64,000 nt of DNA, taken from NCBI GenBank assembly GCA_963924565.1, contig OZ004607.1:6944001-7008000 (forward strand), written 5' to 3'. Under the pieces are notes generated by a model. That model was given only the letters and a program-made list of their open reading frames with translations, searched no databases and was not told where the DNA came from. Each line of letters starts with the position of its first letter. Position 1 is the first letter of the stretch. This document shows, piece after piece, positions 37,777 to 49,890 of this stretch. The DNA comes from Ascidiella aspersa (taxonomy: Eukaryota). Made by a program: the position numbers and the translations under genes.

Positions 37777-40700
37777 AATAAAATACTGAACAAAATTTGA
37801 CATTTTAAAAGTTCCCTGAAGGTTTAGGTCGTCTATATAGGAAATTGAGTACGCGGCTAGAACACCATGTGAATATTGAGCTTTGCTTGTACTAAGCAAC
37901 TTCATATACAAAACTTACCTTCACTTTCGTTGAAAACCCAACCAAGGTTTTCCTGCAAAAAAAAGGATACAATATTGTTTGTCGTCTTTTTGGTTAAACT
38001 TTTTATGGTCTTTTTTATTATTTTATTGGTTTAAAACAATTAGTTTTTTCTCACTGATACCAGCGAATAATAAACTAACTACCAAGTAGTCACCAAACAG
38101 TCAAAAAAACAACAACTGTAGAACAAAAAATGCTGTTGGGCACCCAAATTTTGGAAGATTTACGACTTTAATCGCCCGAGGGCCCCAAGGCCTTTCGGGG
38201 GACCAATAATATTTTCTAGAGCTTTGGATGTGATGAATTGTTCACTTTGCTAGACCACACTAAACAGGGTCAAATTTTTTTTTTTGCAAATAAGCCCGTA
38301 CTACAATGCTGTTGTTAATTTTTCGTTTAGCATGTGTGGACCAGTGATGAAAATAAGTCATTTTGCAATGACTTAAGTCCCAGTACAAGTATTTATTAGA
38401 GCAAGTCAACTACAAGTTAAGTTATAGATGTAAATAGTAAACTAAAAAAATTTTTTTTTTTCAAAAACCGAATTCGGAAACAAATTTGAAAAAAATTGCA
38501 GAAGTTGTCCAAATGACTTAAGTCAAGTCACGTTATTTAACCAAAACTTTAGTCAAGTCAATTTGTTTTTTGAAAATATGTGACTTAAGTGCATTTAGGT
38601 CAAGTCATTAACTTAAGTCATTACAAGACTGCCCGAGGCACTGTACAATATTTTCAGTCATGTCAATGCAATAGAAATGCTGTAACTTACGCTTTCTAAA
38701 AGTAGGTTTAGTTCAGCGATGTGGTTTATCGAGTTTTTGCTTGGGTCGCTTCCCGGCGCGTCATCATCACCTAAGCAAGTAAAATCGAAACATAACGTTT
38801 TTAGAATGAAGTGACGAACACTGATCGTCAAGACTTACCCAGAATAGACGAGTGCTCTTCGATCAAGCGAGCTAGTTCCGCCATATCATCACAGCTCCTT
38901 AAAAGTACAAATATACAGTTAAATCAGGTTGAAACATTTCGGATGGGGTGAATAAGCGTAAAAAGGTGATAGATGTACACGTACGTTGAAACGGGTGCTC
39001 GCGGTGTGGATTAACTAATTTTAACTATGGTTTGTAATATAACTAAGCGTTTTTAACTCTTTAGCTAAAAGTTTTTTTATGGCATATCACCAACAAATGG
39101 GCTAATTTCCCAAAATATCCGGTATCGAAAAAAATGGTGACAGTGTTCAAAAATAACCTACAGTAGTAGAAAAAAGTATTGTAATGACCAACCGCATGCA
39201 AAACCTACTCGTCGCAAGAAGGAGATTCCTGGTCGTCGCTGGACTCGCTCTCGCAAGAAATCGGCACCGATATGCTTCTAGGTTCGTCCGACGAGGCTTG
39301 AACTTCCAACCTTTCCTCTGCGCTAGTTTGTGTACAACTAACTTCGACCTCTGCGTTTAAAGGCGCACAGACGCTTTCGACAATCTCAGGCGTTGGATCT
39401 CGCGGAACACCAGGCCTACAGGAACAGAAATAGGTTTTAAATCGTAAACGAAACAAGAAATACGATTTAAATCACGAATGAGACCAGAATTTGTTAAAAA
39501 ATATTACATAATCATAACCAACGACACCCATATGGCGCAAAATACCTTCAAATCTTACGAATTTATTAATTTTGCAAATTGGACTGTTGTATAAGCGTAT
39601 AAAGTCATTTTTTATCCGATCGGAAAACAGTACTTTACTTTCAAAACATCGGTTATCGATATTTAAATAAAATGCAAAAGTTTTAGAAATCGCTTAGCGA
39701 GATGCGGTTGGGAAAAAATGCAATTGAGCAATCTTACCCTTCCTCGGCGAATGTGCTGCGGTTTGAGATAGGTGAGGCATCGTGTGGAAGAGGTAGCGAC
39801 TTACTTCGAGGTTCAAGGTCCGGTGAACTGCAAGGTGCGAAGTTTATTTGATAGGAGTTTAACTCGCGCAAAATCGACATTAACGGTTAAAGGCGCGCCG
39901 CCGGATTTTTCGTAGGAGCCTTTCGACAAAGAAAAATACATAATAAGTCAAAAATAGAAAGCAGGTCCGGCGTTTCATTTGTTTTTTGTTTTACTAGTTT
40001 AAAATTTAGAGGACCAAACATTTATCCAGGCATAGAAAGCAAAGCGCAGCTGCCTCAAAAATGTTTAGTGTCTGCAATATTCGTTTGAAGGATGCTTGGA
40101 GAAGGTTTTCAAAGGTTTATTTTCTAAGGTTCAGCTTTTACTTGAACACCTTAAAACTACAGGTTCGATATGAAGGTCTACAAGGGTGGATAATTTTTTC
40201 AAAACACAATGGCTTAACTAAGTGGAAACACGTTTAAAGTTAAATTTAAAAGGAACGTCATAGGCATAAAAGACCCTTGAACTCACGCCATAGAACACTC
40301 ATACAAATAACTTAATTCCAAACTCAAAAAATGCGTCAACGAGCCACTTACGGATTACTCTGGGACTGGTACTTTCTCGAAAGCAGCTGAAGGCTGCTGG
40401 TAGAAAGCATTAGCAGCTCCTCGATCGGTTTCCGAACATCAACGGGAGCAAAACAACTGCGTAGAATGGAGGAAGTGATCGACTGCAACCAACCTGGAAA
40501 CTCCTGAAGCAGCTCTTCGGGCCTGGAATGATTTGCGACAGCAGAGGTTAAACACTGGGCAGAATAGGTTATCTGTTTGTTCGACGCTACCAACACTTTG
40601 GTGGGAAAAAGTGGAATGTTTTTTTTGTTGCTTTTATGGCGGTAGTTATATAAGGCAGTTCAAGGATTTCATGCTTCAGTGAAATGCTGTGTCTGCGAGC

Positions 40701-43700
40701 TTATCTCCTGGATGTGTTTTCGAGTGGGTAGTAAGGGAATTTGCGGGATGAGATTTAAAAAAAAGTTTCTATTAGTGTTATTAAATAGAAACGACAACTT
40801 TTTTTAAACTTTTTTCCTGAGACGCGTTTAAAAAGGTTATTTGAACTTTCAAACACCAAGCGTTTGTAAATCCAGTATTTTTTATTATTTATTTTTTATC
40901 AACTTTTTAGAATGAACAATTGAACATGTCAGAAGATAATATCGATTTTTTTTTTGATTTTTAATATATTTGAAAGAATTTTATTTGAGATTCGAAACAC
41001 AATCATTGTATGTATCCCTTGAAAAATTACAAAACCTATTAACCACTTTGCTGTAGTGGGTATGCAAATTTAGCTTTAAATTGTAAAGCCTATTTATTTA
41101 AATCAAACGCCTTTTGAGGCTTTATTAAGTTTAATTTGTCAGCTTTTTGCATTTCGGTGAAAAAAGTCTAACACAATTTGTTCACATGAAAAACATGTTC
41201 TTTTACAAAACACAGCCTAAAAATCACAGTAAAGCAACGGACTGGTGACAAGATGTAATATTTTAACTAATTCTCTTTAAACTAAAATAGGTTTTGTTTA
41301 AAAATGAAAACATCATAAAAATGTACCGACTATAAGTAAAACAACTATGTTACATATAGTAAGCCCGTTGGCATTAAATGGTTTACTGATACGTACTTTG
41401 AGCCGATTACAAAGTAGTACGTGCCAACATTGGGATACGTAATTGACCAAGGCAATCTTCCCGTAAGCATGTTTAGTAGAGAGCAACCGGCCGACCACAC
41501 GTCACTGCCATAGTAAAACTTTTCATCGCGAATTACTTCGGGGCTCATAAACTGTTGTGTTCCTGAAAAAAAAAAACGCTACATTAACATAATTTAGTTG
41601 AAAAATTGCAAGGACTGCAAATAAATTTTAAGTTAAATGCTGCTCAGTAAAATGTTTCTTAGTAATTTCTGAAAGAATAAATACCAAAGTATAAATACGA
41701 CTAAACATCGGTAATCACAACGACCGTAAAAGCACTACAAGCATTATGTATTTAACTTCTTGTTATTTTCTATAAATCAGGTCTGGCCACATTTTTGTGC
41801 TTGTTGGGTTCATGTATTGGCGTACCGATAGGGCCGTCAAAAAGGCGAATGTAGTCAAATCCAGTTGGAACAAATTGAGCTTCGCCGAAATCAGTGAGAA
41901 AACATCTATTCAAATCTGTTGACAGAACAATGTTTCTTGGCTTCACATCGCAGTGGACAATGTGACGACCTTTTAAGTATTGCAGGGCCTTCAAGACCTA
42001 AAATAAAGTTGGGTACACTATTTAGGAATTTGTAATGTAGCTTGATAATAATAAATTGCAAACCACAAAAAGGTCGAATAGATCGACATCCTCTTGATTA
42101 ACACGTTTTGATACGGGCTTGTATCAATATCAGCTTCAGTTAATGTGTATCTAAACATCCTAATCAAGATGATGTCAATCTACTCGGGCTTTTTGGCTTT
42201 GCAATTCATCATCAACATGAAATAAAATTGGTTTAATAAAATTAGAAATTCAGCATTATGTGCTGTGGTTTATTGCCTTACAGAGAACCTCCAGTAATCA
42301 GAAACACGGTTCTTTAAATAATTCCTGAACAAACAGCTTATTAATACTGGTTGAGCTTTGTTGTAAATTAAATTGATTCAAAAGACGGAAGTTGTAAATC
42401 AAGAGACCAGGGCAATAACGAGCTAAATAACTTATTTTTTTTGGTTTGATCTGATAAGCTAAAATTTTAGAAACACGTTTGCATGCATGATGATCTATAG
42501 ACGAGATAGTTCAAACTAGATAATATAAACAGAATTTGAAGAAATCAAAAGTTTTACACTAACTTTTTCTATGACATGGCCAGCTGTTTTGACATATCAA
42601 GGCATTTAGAGAGATAATTAATTATTACTCGGCATCCTTGAGTGTTAAAACAGCAGTCAAGCACCCGGTTAGGAACTACTGGTATAGTTATACTAACGTC
42701 AGTTTAACAAAAAAAAAAAAAAATTGTATTTTTGTCACTTTAAAAATTAAAATTCATATTCGTTGTCGGCAGGATTCGAACCTACGCGGGCAGAGCCCAA
42801 CAGATTTCTGAAAAAAGTAAAATAAGTAAACCAGCTGTTTTGACATATCAAGGCATTTAGAGAGATATACACTTTGGACGAAACCTGGTTAAATTATGTA
42901 AATCAGTGGTCTCCAACCTATGGGTCGCGACCCTGAGTGGGGGCTGCCTACAATTTTTCTGGGGCTGCTATAACTTATCATATTCCTACTGATTTACTAT
43001 TTATGTATTTTGTTTACATTACGATGACGTCACACTAATTAACGTGAGTGAGTACATCGTTGAGACAAGTTTTTGTTTCTTTTACGTAAAACTGCTGTTT
43101 TTAAGAGCCGCCAAATCAATGTGATGCAATCAATGTACCCTACTCTGTCTAATTATGTTATTGAAATACTCATTCCGTTTTCAACCACATGGCTTTGTGA
43201 AGCTGGATTCAGCGCAATGAGCATAATATTAAAAGCGAAAAATCGTAATCGTGTGGAAGTTGGGTATAAAATGTGGTTATCCTGATGAAAAGTGGAGCCA
43301 CGTTTGCAAAAACTAGTTGATACTGTTCAGGTGCAACCATCGAACTAAATGCAATTTACAGTTAAAACAAATTAAATTCTGTGTTGGTTTGTTTGTTAAA
43401 TTCAAAATTATATCTTAATGTGTACAGTTCTCTGGAATTGTGTGTAATTTACGCATATTTGCTAATGTTACTTTATTTTTACACAAAATCCGGGCGCAAA
43501 GTTAATTCTGATTTCATTTTATTCAAATGGTGGTCGCTTGTTAAAAAGGTTGAAAACCACTGATATAAATCTAGTTGCCAATATATGAAATTTAATTTAT
43601 TGGCAAAATTACACACAGTGCTAATACCTGAGTGAAATAAACCATTCCCCAATATTCGGTGAAAAGTTGGGAAGACGTTTCGCTCCTGGCAAAGCCCCGG

Positions 43701-44450
43701 CCCTTTGTGATGAGTTTGTCCAGGTTTCCACCAGCTGCCAGTTGCATGAAAATGTGAATGCCAAAATTTGTTCTTGTAGCGCCGTAAACTTTGATCTGTT
43801 GCATACAAAAATGTAAGCATTAAAATTGTGGATGATACAACTGGGAGGTTGTACATACAATGTTTTCATGGGACACAAAACAGAGGATTTTGATTTCATT
43901 TTGCTTGAACTTTTCCGTGGTAATCAACTTTTCTGCAAACCTGGAAAACCAGAAAAACAAGTTTAACAAAGTAGTTCAGCATTGAAGCGGAACTAAAAGT
44001 AAAAAATCTTTTTTTTTTTTTTTTTTTAGTATTTCATCAAATATTATCAATAAACAGGTCAAAATTTTTGGCGGTAAAGAATAATTCAGTAAATTTGAGT
44101 TTTTTTATCACTAATGACAGTGTAATTAGAGTGGGGTTAAATTTTCTACCAAACAGGATCTCTTCTTGACAAGCTTGCATTATCAACAGCATGAAAAACA
44201 GAACCAAATTGGCCAATGCTAGCCTTGTTCTCTTCAGTCCATGATGCTAAGAATGTAATGCAATTTAGGTTAATTAAACACAAAACACATTTGTATATTT
44301 CAATGCACCATACGTGAAAAGCTGGGATCCATGCATGTTCTCATTCGTCGATAATGGTTTGGATGAAAATAACACTCATCAAGATCGAGAAATAAGGACC
44401 TGTCAACAATAACACCTTCTGCTTCAACCGCCATTGCAGAAGAGCAATTT
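37777..44450 (-). CDS. Ser/Thr kinase of the MAP3K8 (TPL2/COT) / MAP3K14 (NIK) type
   Basis: Exons (minus strand): 44450-44314, 44246-44150, 43940-43859, 43795-43628, 41997-41826, 41562-41397, 40522-40352, 39827-39738, 39415-39209, 38897-38839, 38770-38691, 37952-37919, 37856-37777, all phase-consistent. Motifs: EGVIV N-extension, SIGQFGSV G-loop, FAEK, HENI, HCDVKPRN, DFG, GTQQFMSPE, DVWSAG, followed by an acidic Ser-rich tail. Candidate ATG at 44434. The start and the last exon (possibly 37707-37684) are uncertain. Confidence 0.88.
38342..38631. mobile_element. AAGTCAAGTC-family MITE
   Basis: CAGTGATGAAAAT ... ATTACAAGACTG with repeated GACTTAAGTC/AAGTCAAGTC; related decayed copies near 2340-2942, 28240-28352 and 44532-44950. 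Confidence 0.55.
42761..42809 (-). pseudogene. 3' half of a tRNA-Ser(AGA) gene
   Basis: The minus strand reads AGAAATCTGTTGGGCTCTGCCCGCGTAGGTTCGAATCCTGCCGACAACG: anticodon AGA, long variable arm, T-loop and acceptor 3' strand. I did not find the 5' half in the window; there is no CCA. Confidence 0.75.
42904..43562 (+). mobile_element. Internally deleted hAT (Buster/Charlie-type) transposon with a transposase C-terminal remnant
   Basis: TIRs CAGTGGTCTCCAACC / GGTTGAAAACCACTG, TSD ATGTAAAT/ATATAAAT. ORF 43073-43285 contains YPTLS...LIPFSTTWLCEAGFSAM...KNRNR, the hAT dimerisation motif. Confidence 0.85.
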
Positions 44451-45521
44451 CTGAAACACAACATAATACCACCCTTAATAATGCATTGATAATGTTACAC
44501 ACAACAAACTGTTTGATATAGCTAAAAACATCAGTGTTGTAAACAAGTCATTCTGAAAGGACTTAATTCCAAGTCAAGTCTTTTTTAACAAATATAAAAA
44601 GACAAGTCCCAGTGGGAGTGATCAGTTATCCAAGTAAATTCATTGACATAAAAAATCAGTGAAACTATTAAAATTGGTGAAACTATTTGTGCAACAACTC
44701 ACCTAAAAAATACAAAAAATGCAAATCATAGTGATTAAATTTTATGCATGCAAGAATTAAATAAATACCTAATTATCTAAAAAACACCAAAAGTTACTCA
44801 ACTCAACAACTTAAGTCAAACCAAAGTTATTTGACTCAATGACTTGAATCAAAGTCAAGACATTTATTCAAAAGACTAAAGTCAAGTAAATTTGCCACAC
44901 ACAACCTAAGTCAAGTCAAGCCATTTAAAAGTGACTTAAGTCATTAAAACCATAAAAAAACACATTATATAAAATTTAGTATATAATATACAGAGATACC
45001 ACTTAGTTTTGCCTAAAATTTCAGCTGAGTGGGTATTTGACGAATGTCAAATATCATATCATTCAATCTTGCAAGTTTTTATAAACTACATATCTTTTTA
45101 CCTCTTTAAATAAAGCATTGGTCGGCAAACTGTGGGTCATTTTTAGTGAGCCGCAAGTTACTGTTGAATAGTTTAGTGCAGGGGTCGGCAACCCCTGACA
45201 TGCGTGCCACTTGTGGCATGCAAGATGATTTTGGAAGGCACGACAAATGATTTAGCGAGCACGTCATATCACTTTAAGAAAGTGCAACTATTACATTACT
45301 ACCACACCATTAACATTACTATTACATCAACAACACTAGCGCTAATTAAATGGTTGCACACACTGCCAGTGCGTGTCATAATAAAGTGTCTTAACTGTGT
45401 TGTACTTGACATTATTTTTTGTGGGCGTTATACTTGTTGTTTAAGACTAACCGTTCGTATTACGTCACAATGTCCCAAATTTGGCGTAACGTTTACTACG
45501 TTAAAACAGGGCATTTTACAT

Positions 45522-45659
45522 CGGTGGTTCTCAAACGCCGGTCCGCATCAACTTTTCTGCCGGCCCGGCAAATATAGTACAAATTTATATGTCAATTGCA
45601 AAAATCAAGATGTTGAAGGCGGCTTGTCCATCAAATTTAGAACTTTTGAGAAACCACTG
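45522..45659. mobile_element. hAT-type MITE nested in an older MITE starting near 45179
   Basis: CGGTGGTTCTCAAA / TTTGAGAAACCACTG; TSD TTTTACAT/TTCTACAT. Confidence 0.68.
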
Positions 45660-45860
45660 TTCTACATTAAAAGTAAGCACGTGTGTTTTTGTGTGACTGA
45701 GAAGCCAACAAAAAGCGAAACTGATAGTTAACACTTCTAGGTATCGGATTAAAAAGCATCAAAGTATATTTAAAAAAAGATACGCAAATTAGATATCAGA
45801 TGACAGCAGGGCTGCGATCTGACGTGTGCGGCATGCGCTCTATCAAATTACGAAACTCAT

Positions 45861-47836
45861 TTAGGCAGCAAACTGTAAATTGTTAAGGTGGAATAGCATA
45901 TGCTCGTGGCCTATTTTCCATGACCCTATGAGTGGATTGCGGAATATCCACCTTAATTTAGTTACGTAAATTGGTGAAATAGTGAGGCCTTGTGATAGCC
46001 GTATAAAGTCTGTTGGAGGAAGTTTAGAGTGGATATATTGCCACTCATTTATCACTTGTCTATTTATGTCACAGCAAAACAGTGGGGTTTCTGGATCAAA
46101 AGGGGTACAATACATAGCAAAAACATTATAAGTTTGTGTCTGAAATCAAAAACTTCACGTCTTAGGGTTTAGGCTTATCAAAGTCTCTCTGTTATAAAGT
46201 TAAAATCAGTCAAAAAATCCATTGGGCTTGCTAATTTAACATTTAGATAACTTTACTTTGTTCTTGGATTCGGCTGGTATTTGTTGTCTTCTGCTTGCAT
46301 TCCCCAATAACCAGCAAATTCGTGAAGGAGATTGGTGTCACCGTATACAACTCGACCAAGATATTCTGCTAGTTGCCTCTTGCTTACTTGTGATTTGGGT
46401 CGAAGCAGGTTGGCCCGGTAAAACACGTCTTGTTCACAAGCATTTGCAACTACACCAGGAACCTTGAAAAAAAACAGTAACCATAAATAAGTTTTACTTT
46501 TATAATAAGACCCAAATTTAGCATTATTAGGACTAATGTGTTTTGGTTTGTTATCTTGATTTAACAAAGAAGTAAATTTGACTTTACTTGGGTCAACAAT
46601 TAGTGCTTCTTTTTATTATGATACTTGTTTATCATAGTTTGCAGCAAACAATTGGGTTTGGATGATACTGCAGATAGAATGCATCATCCAGTCTGAATTT
46701 CATGGCACTTTCTGCAGAGCTTGGGTGTGCAGTGCGTACTTTTGACATGTGCAGACGTCAGACTGCATACCACAATTTGAAATTCTGCCTAATTTTGTCA
46801 AAATTTTGCATTTTTTCTCAACAGACCAAACCTGCAGCCCATAAAACTGAATATGCACCCGATTTTTTCATAATTGTAGTAACGGGTTGGAGTTTTGAAC
46901 ATAGTTGCACTAGGTCACCCTGATCTACCATACTTTCAACCTGCGCAAACTTGGCGCGCTGGAATAGGTTTTAGGCAATATCTCCAAAAGTTGTGACGAT
47001 ACAGAGTTGAAATTTTTACACAGTCCTTTTATTGGTAACATCTTTCCAGCAGTCACACTTTTAACAAAAAATATTGAAAAAAATTAATATTCAAAAATAT
47101 GAATATTAATATTCAGCGATATTAACCCTTAACTGTTGAGCCAACAAGTTCAAATTTTAACGATATAAACTAGGAGGCACCACCTTCAAAATGAGACATA
47201 AATCATGTTTAAATTCATTCGGACTGGGTGTTTACTGTTTCTTTGAAAATTCATAACTGCCCAAATTCGAAAAAACGCCTTTCGTAATTAATGTTCGCAT
47301 AAAGCAATTAATAAGGCGAGGAATGCAACCGAGCAGTTGTCCAATCATGGTTTCTTGCTCACAGGAGGCTCTCAATCCTAACATACAACTATTTAAGAAT
47401 TTGGGCACTGGTTTAAAATCCTACCACACAACTAATTGTTCAATGCACAATTTTAGGGAACTAAGGGTGAGGCTAGAGTGTGCAGAAAAAATATATATCA
47501 AATGCAGACTGGGCCATCGGCAAGTTTTTTTAAACAAACCAAGCGTGCACCCCGATTTTCCATATGTTACAGCAGGTTTATTGTCAGAATATTTGCCGCT
47601 GGTCTAGAATCCTACCACAGTGTTAAAGCAATTATTAAAGCAAGGCACAATATTTGAGTTAGGGTGCGGGTTAGCATACATTTAGGAGCTGGTCTAGAAT
47701 CCTACCACAATTATTGTAAAACTGATATAATCCAAGCACAAAAACAACAGCTTACCACCAGAGTTTGTTTGTTAGTTGATCGTTTGGGCTTTTTCATGAA
47801 AAAATCCGGGTCATTTTCATCATCTGTCAAAGGCAT
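45861..47836 (-). CDS. Candidate exons of an unknown small gene, or an N-terminal extension of the kinase
   Basis: One phase-consistent path: 47836-47756 (MPLTDDENDPDFFMKKPKRSTNKQTLV/gtaagc), 46831-46740, 46667-46625, 46462-46388, 46139-45861 (TAA), giving about 189 aa. No domain recognised, and other splice paths are possible. Confidence 0.33.
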
Positions 47837-49549
47837 GTTGCCTCAGAAGTTTCGTAACTTTGTTAGGGATAATTATAAAGTACAGTAAATGTTAAGCACA
47901 TTTTAGGTCTGAGGAACTTCCTTCTTCAAACCTACAGCTAGTTAGTTAAAGTTGCAGAAAAATGATGTTGTTAGTAACAATTGTAAAAAACTGTAAAATA
48001 TTTTTTACCGAATACCATAACGCTGAATAATAATGCTGTAGTTTTTGTTTTGCAACGTTGCGAAGAAAAACGAACTGCACGAAACGCGAAAAAATTATAA
48101 TCTCCTCTAGGGTTGTCCGATAATAACGGTCGGAGCCTATACCTGATATCAAGTGGTAGTATCAGTACTTATCCGATATTGAAAGGTGGTTATCGGTATT
48201 CGGTGCCGATCAGATAACAAATTGATATAGCGATTTCAGTCATGGTTTTTAATATAAAGGCTGGTTCACACTAGACGCGTCTAGCGTTAACCAACGACAT
48301 AGAAACAATTTTATATCTTTATACGTCGTTGCGTTAACGTAAAGCGTTTTCAAAAAACGCTTTCGGTTGTGGAAAAGTTAAAATATAGAAAAATTACAGA
48401 AACAAACTTGTGGTATGCAGAGTATTATTATTTAAAACAAACGTAGCAAATATAAATGAGAAAAATGTATTGGTAAAAGTTTCATAGAGATCAGTGATAA
48501 AATACAGTTCCATCTCTTATCATAAATAGCATAGTTTGTCAGCCGGTCGGTCGCCGGCAAAGAGATTATAACCATGAGGACAAACTGTGACGTAGCCCAT
48601 TGTTCTACTTTCGACAGCGTTCCGCTCTAGTGCATAATAGTAAAACGTAAACAACTGGGCTTGACTTGTATGTTGGTGAGCTAAAATTTTGGAGCAATCG
48701 GCTTATATTTATTAAGGTTCGACATTTCTGACAGGTTAAAAGTTATGTTTGAATTAGGTGTCAAACTTTCATTGCCGAGTTTCGTGTAAACACACTTACA
48801 AATGTCCGTAGGGCATACAATATCAGTTAACCATAAGTACTATATAATATGGTTAACACACTCGTCGGCGCGCCAACGTCGTCCAGTTAATGACTGCGGA
48901 AGCGTACAACGCGTTTCTGTAGAGTAGACCAGTGGTTCCAAACCGGGGTGCCGGAGAGGAATTTACATTTTTTATTATTACTAGTAAGCCTTTTGGTACA
49001 ACTTTTTGTGTTTGCTTTTATAGTACAATAAACAAAATATTACAATATTGCTTAAAGTTATTTTTATTGCCCCAGTTTCGTTTATTTTAGCATTACAGTA
49101 AAAAACTTAAAGAAAATTAGAGTAGGGATCTTGTAATATATTCAATTATTCTTTGTTTTTGTTGTTAAGGAATACTAACATTACACATTTTGGTACTGGA
49201 TAGGGTTCGGTGAACACAAACTTAGTGTGTAATATTGTTCATTGAAAAAGGAAAGCACCAGATTATGCAGCTTTGTAATCTGTTGAAATTAAATGTAATA
49301 ATAACCTTTATTCTTTTACTACCAGTTATCCAATCAAGTTTAAACTGAAAAAAGATATATATTTAAGCTGTTTCAAGATGTCACCTATTTTTATACATGG
49401 GCTTTGATCTTCATTCAACTACATCCTCCAGCAGTTAAGCTCCAAATTTTGTTATCAGCTATTAGGGAGAAAAGAGATCAGAAGCACTCAAGGTAAAAAA
49501 TACTTTTCACAAACTTACATTGAAAATGACAAAAAATATCTATTTCAAA

Positions 49550-49890
49550 CAGGGCTGCGGAGTCGGTTAAAAATAACCCGGGTCCGACTCCGGTTAAATG
49601 TGGCATTTCATTGAGTCCTGAGTCTCGCCCTGACTAAACAGCCTGTTTAAAAATGGATATTCAGCTATACACTTATAGGGGTGTCATATAATTCATTCAC
49701 TCATAATACATGGTTGGAAAATATTCCACCACATGCTATATTCCACCTTTACAATTTTCAGTTGGCGATCATATTAGTTTACTGCGCATGTCAGACTTGG
49801 GAGTTGGGTAGTTTTACATGGTCTTACTCGAGTCCCGAGCCTGACTCCAGCAAAACAAACCGACTCTTCGAGGCAGACTCCACAGTCCTG
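49550..49890. mobile_element. GGAGTCGG-family MITE inside the P-like element
   Basis: CAGGGCTGCGGAGTC / GACTCCACAGTCCTG; perfect TSD ATTTCAAA. Confidence 0.82.

Noticed and set aside
40660-40671. In-frame TGA-x-x-TGA (UxxU-like) upstream of a kinase exon, suggesting a selenoprotein kinase
   Set aside because: A phase-2 acceptor (ATTCCAG, exon start 40522) joins IGSK to PEELLQEFP with normal TPL2/NIK spacing, so the TGAs are intronic. I recognised no SECIS.
45204-45731. Longest ORF in the track (175 aa, + strand)
   Set aside because: It runs across two nested MITEs, starts at GTG and shows no domain; a chance ORF.
46146-46157. Second TGA-x-x-TGA in frame with ORF 45861-46115
   Set aside because: It lies in the pyrimidine tract just before the acceptor at 46140-46142 and has no thioredoxin-like context. 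TGA pairs are expected in AT-rich introns.
47407-47709. Three copies of CTGGTCTAGAATCCTACCACA-like sequence with TTAGGG-like motifs
   Set aside because: Probably the interior of a degenerate repeat; termini cannot be defined and it is not a telomeric array.
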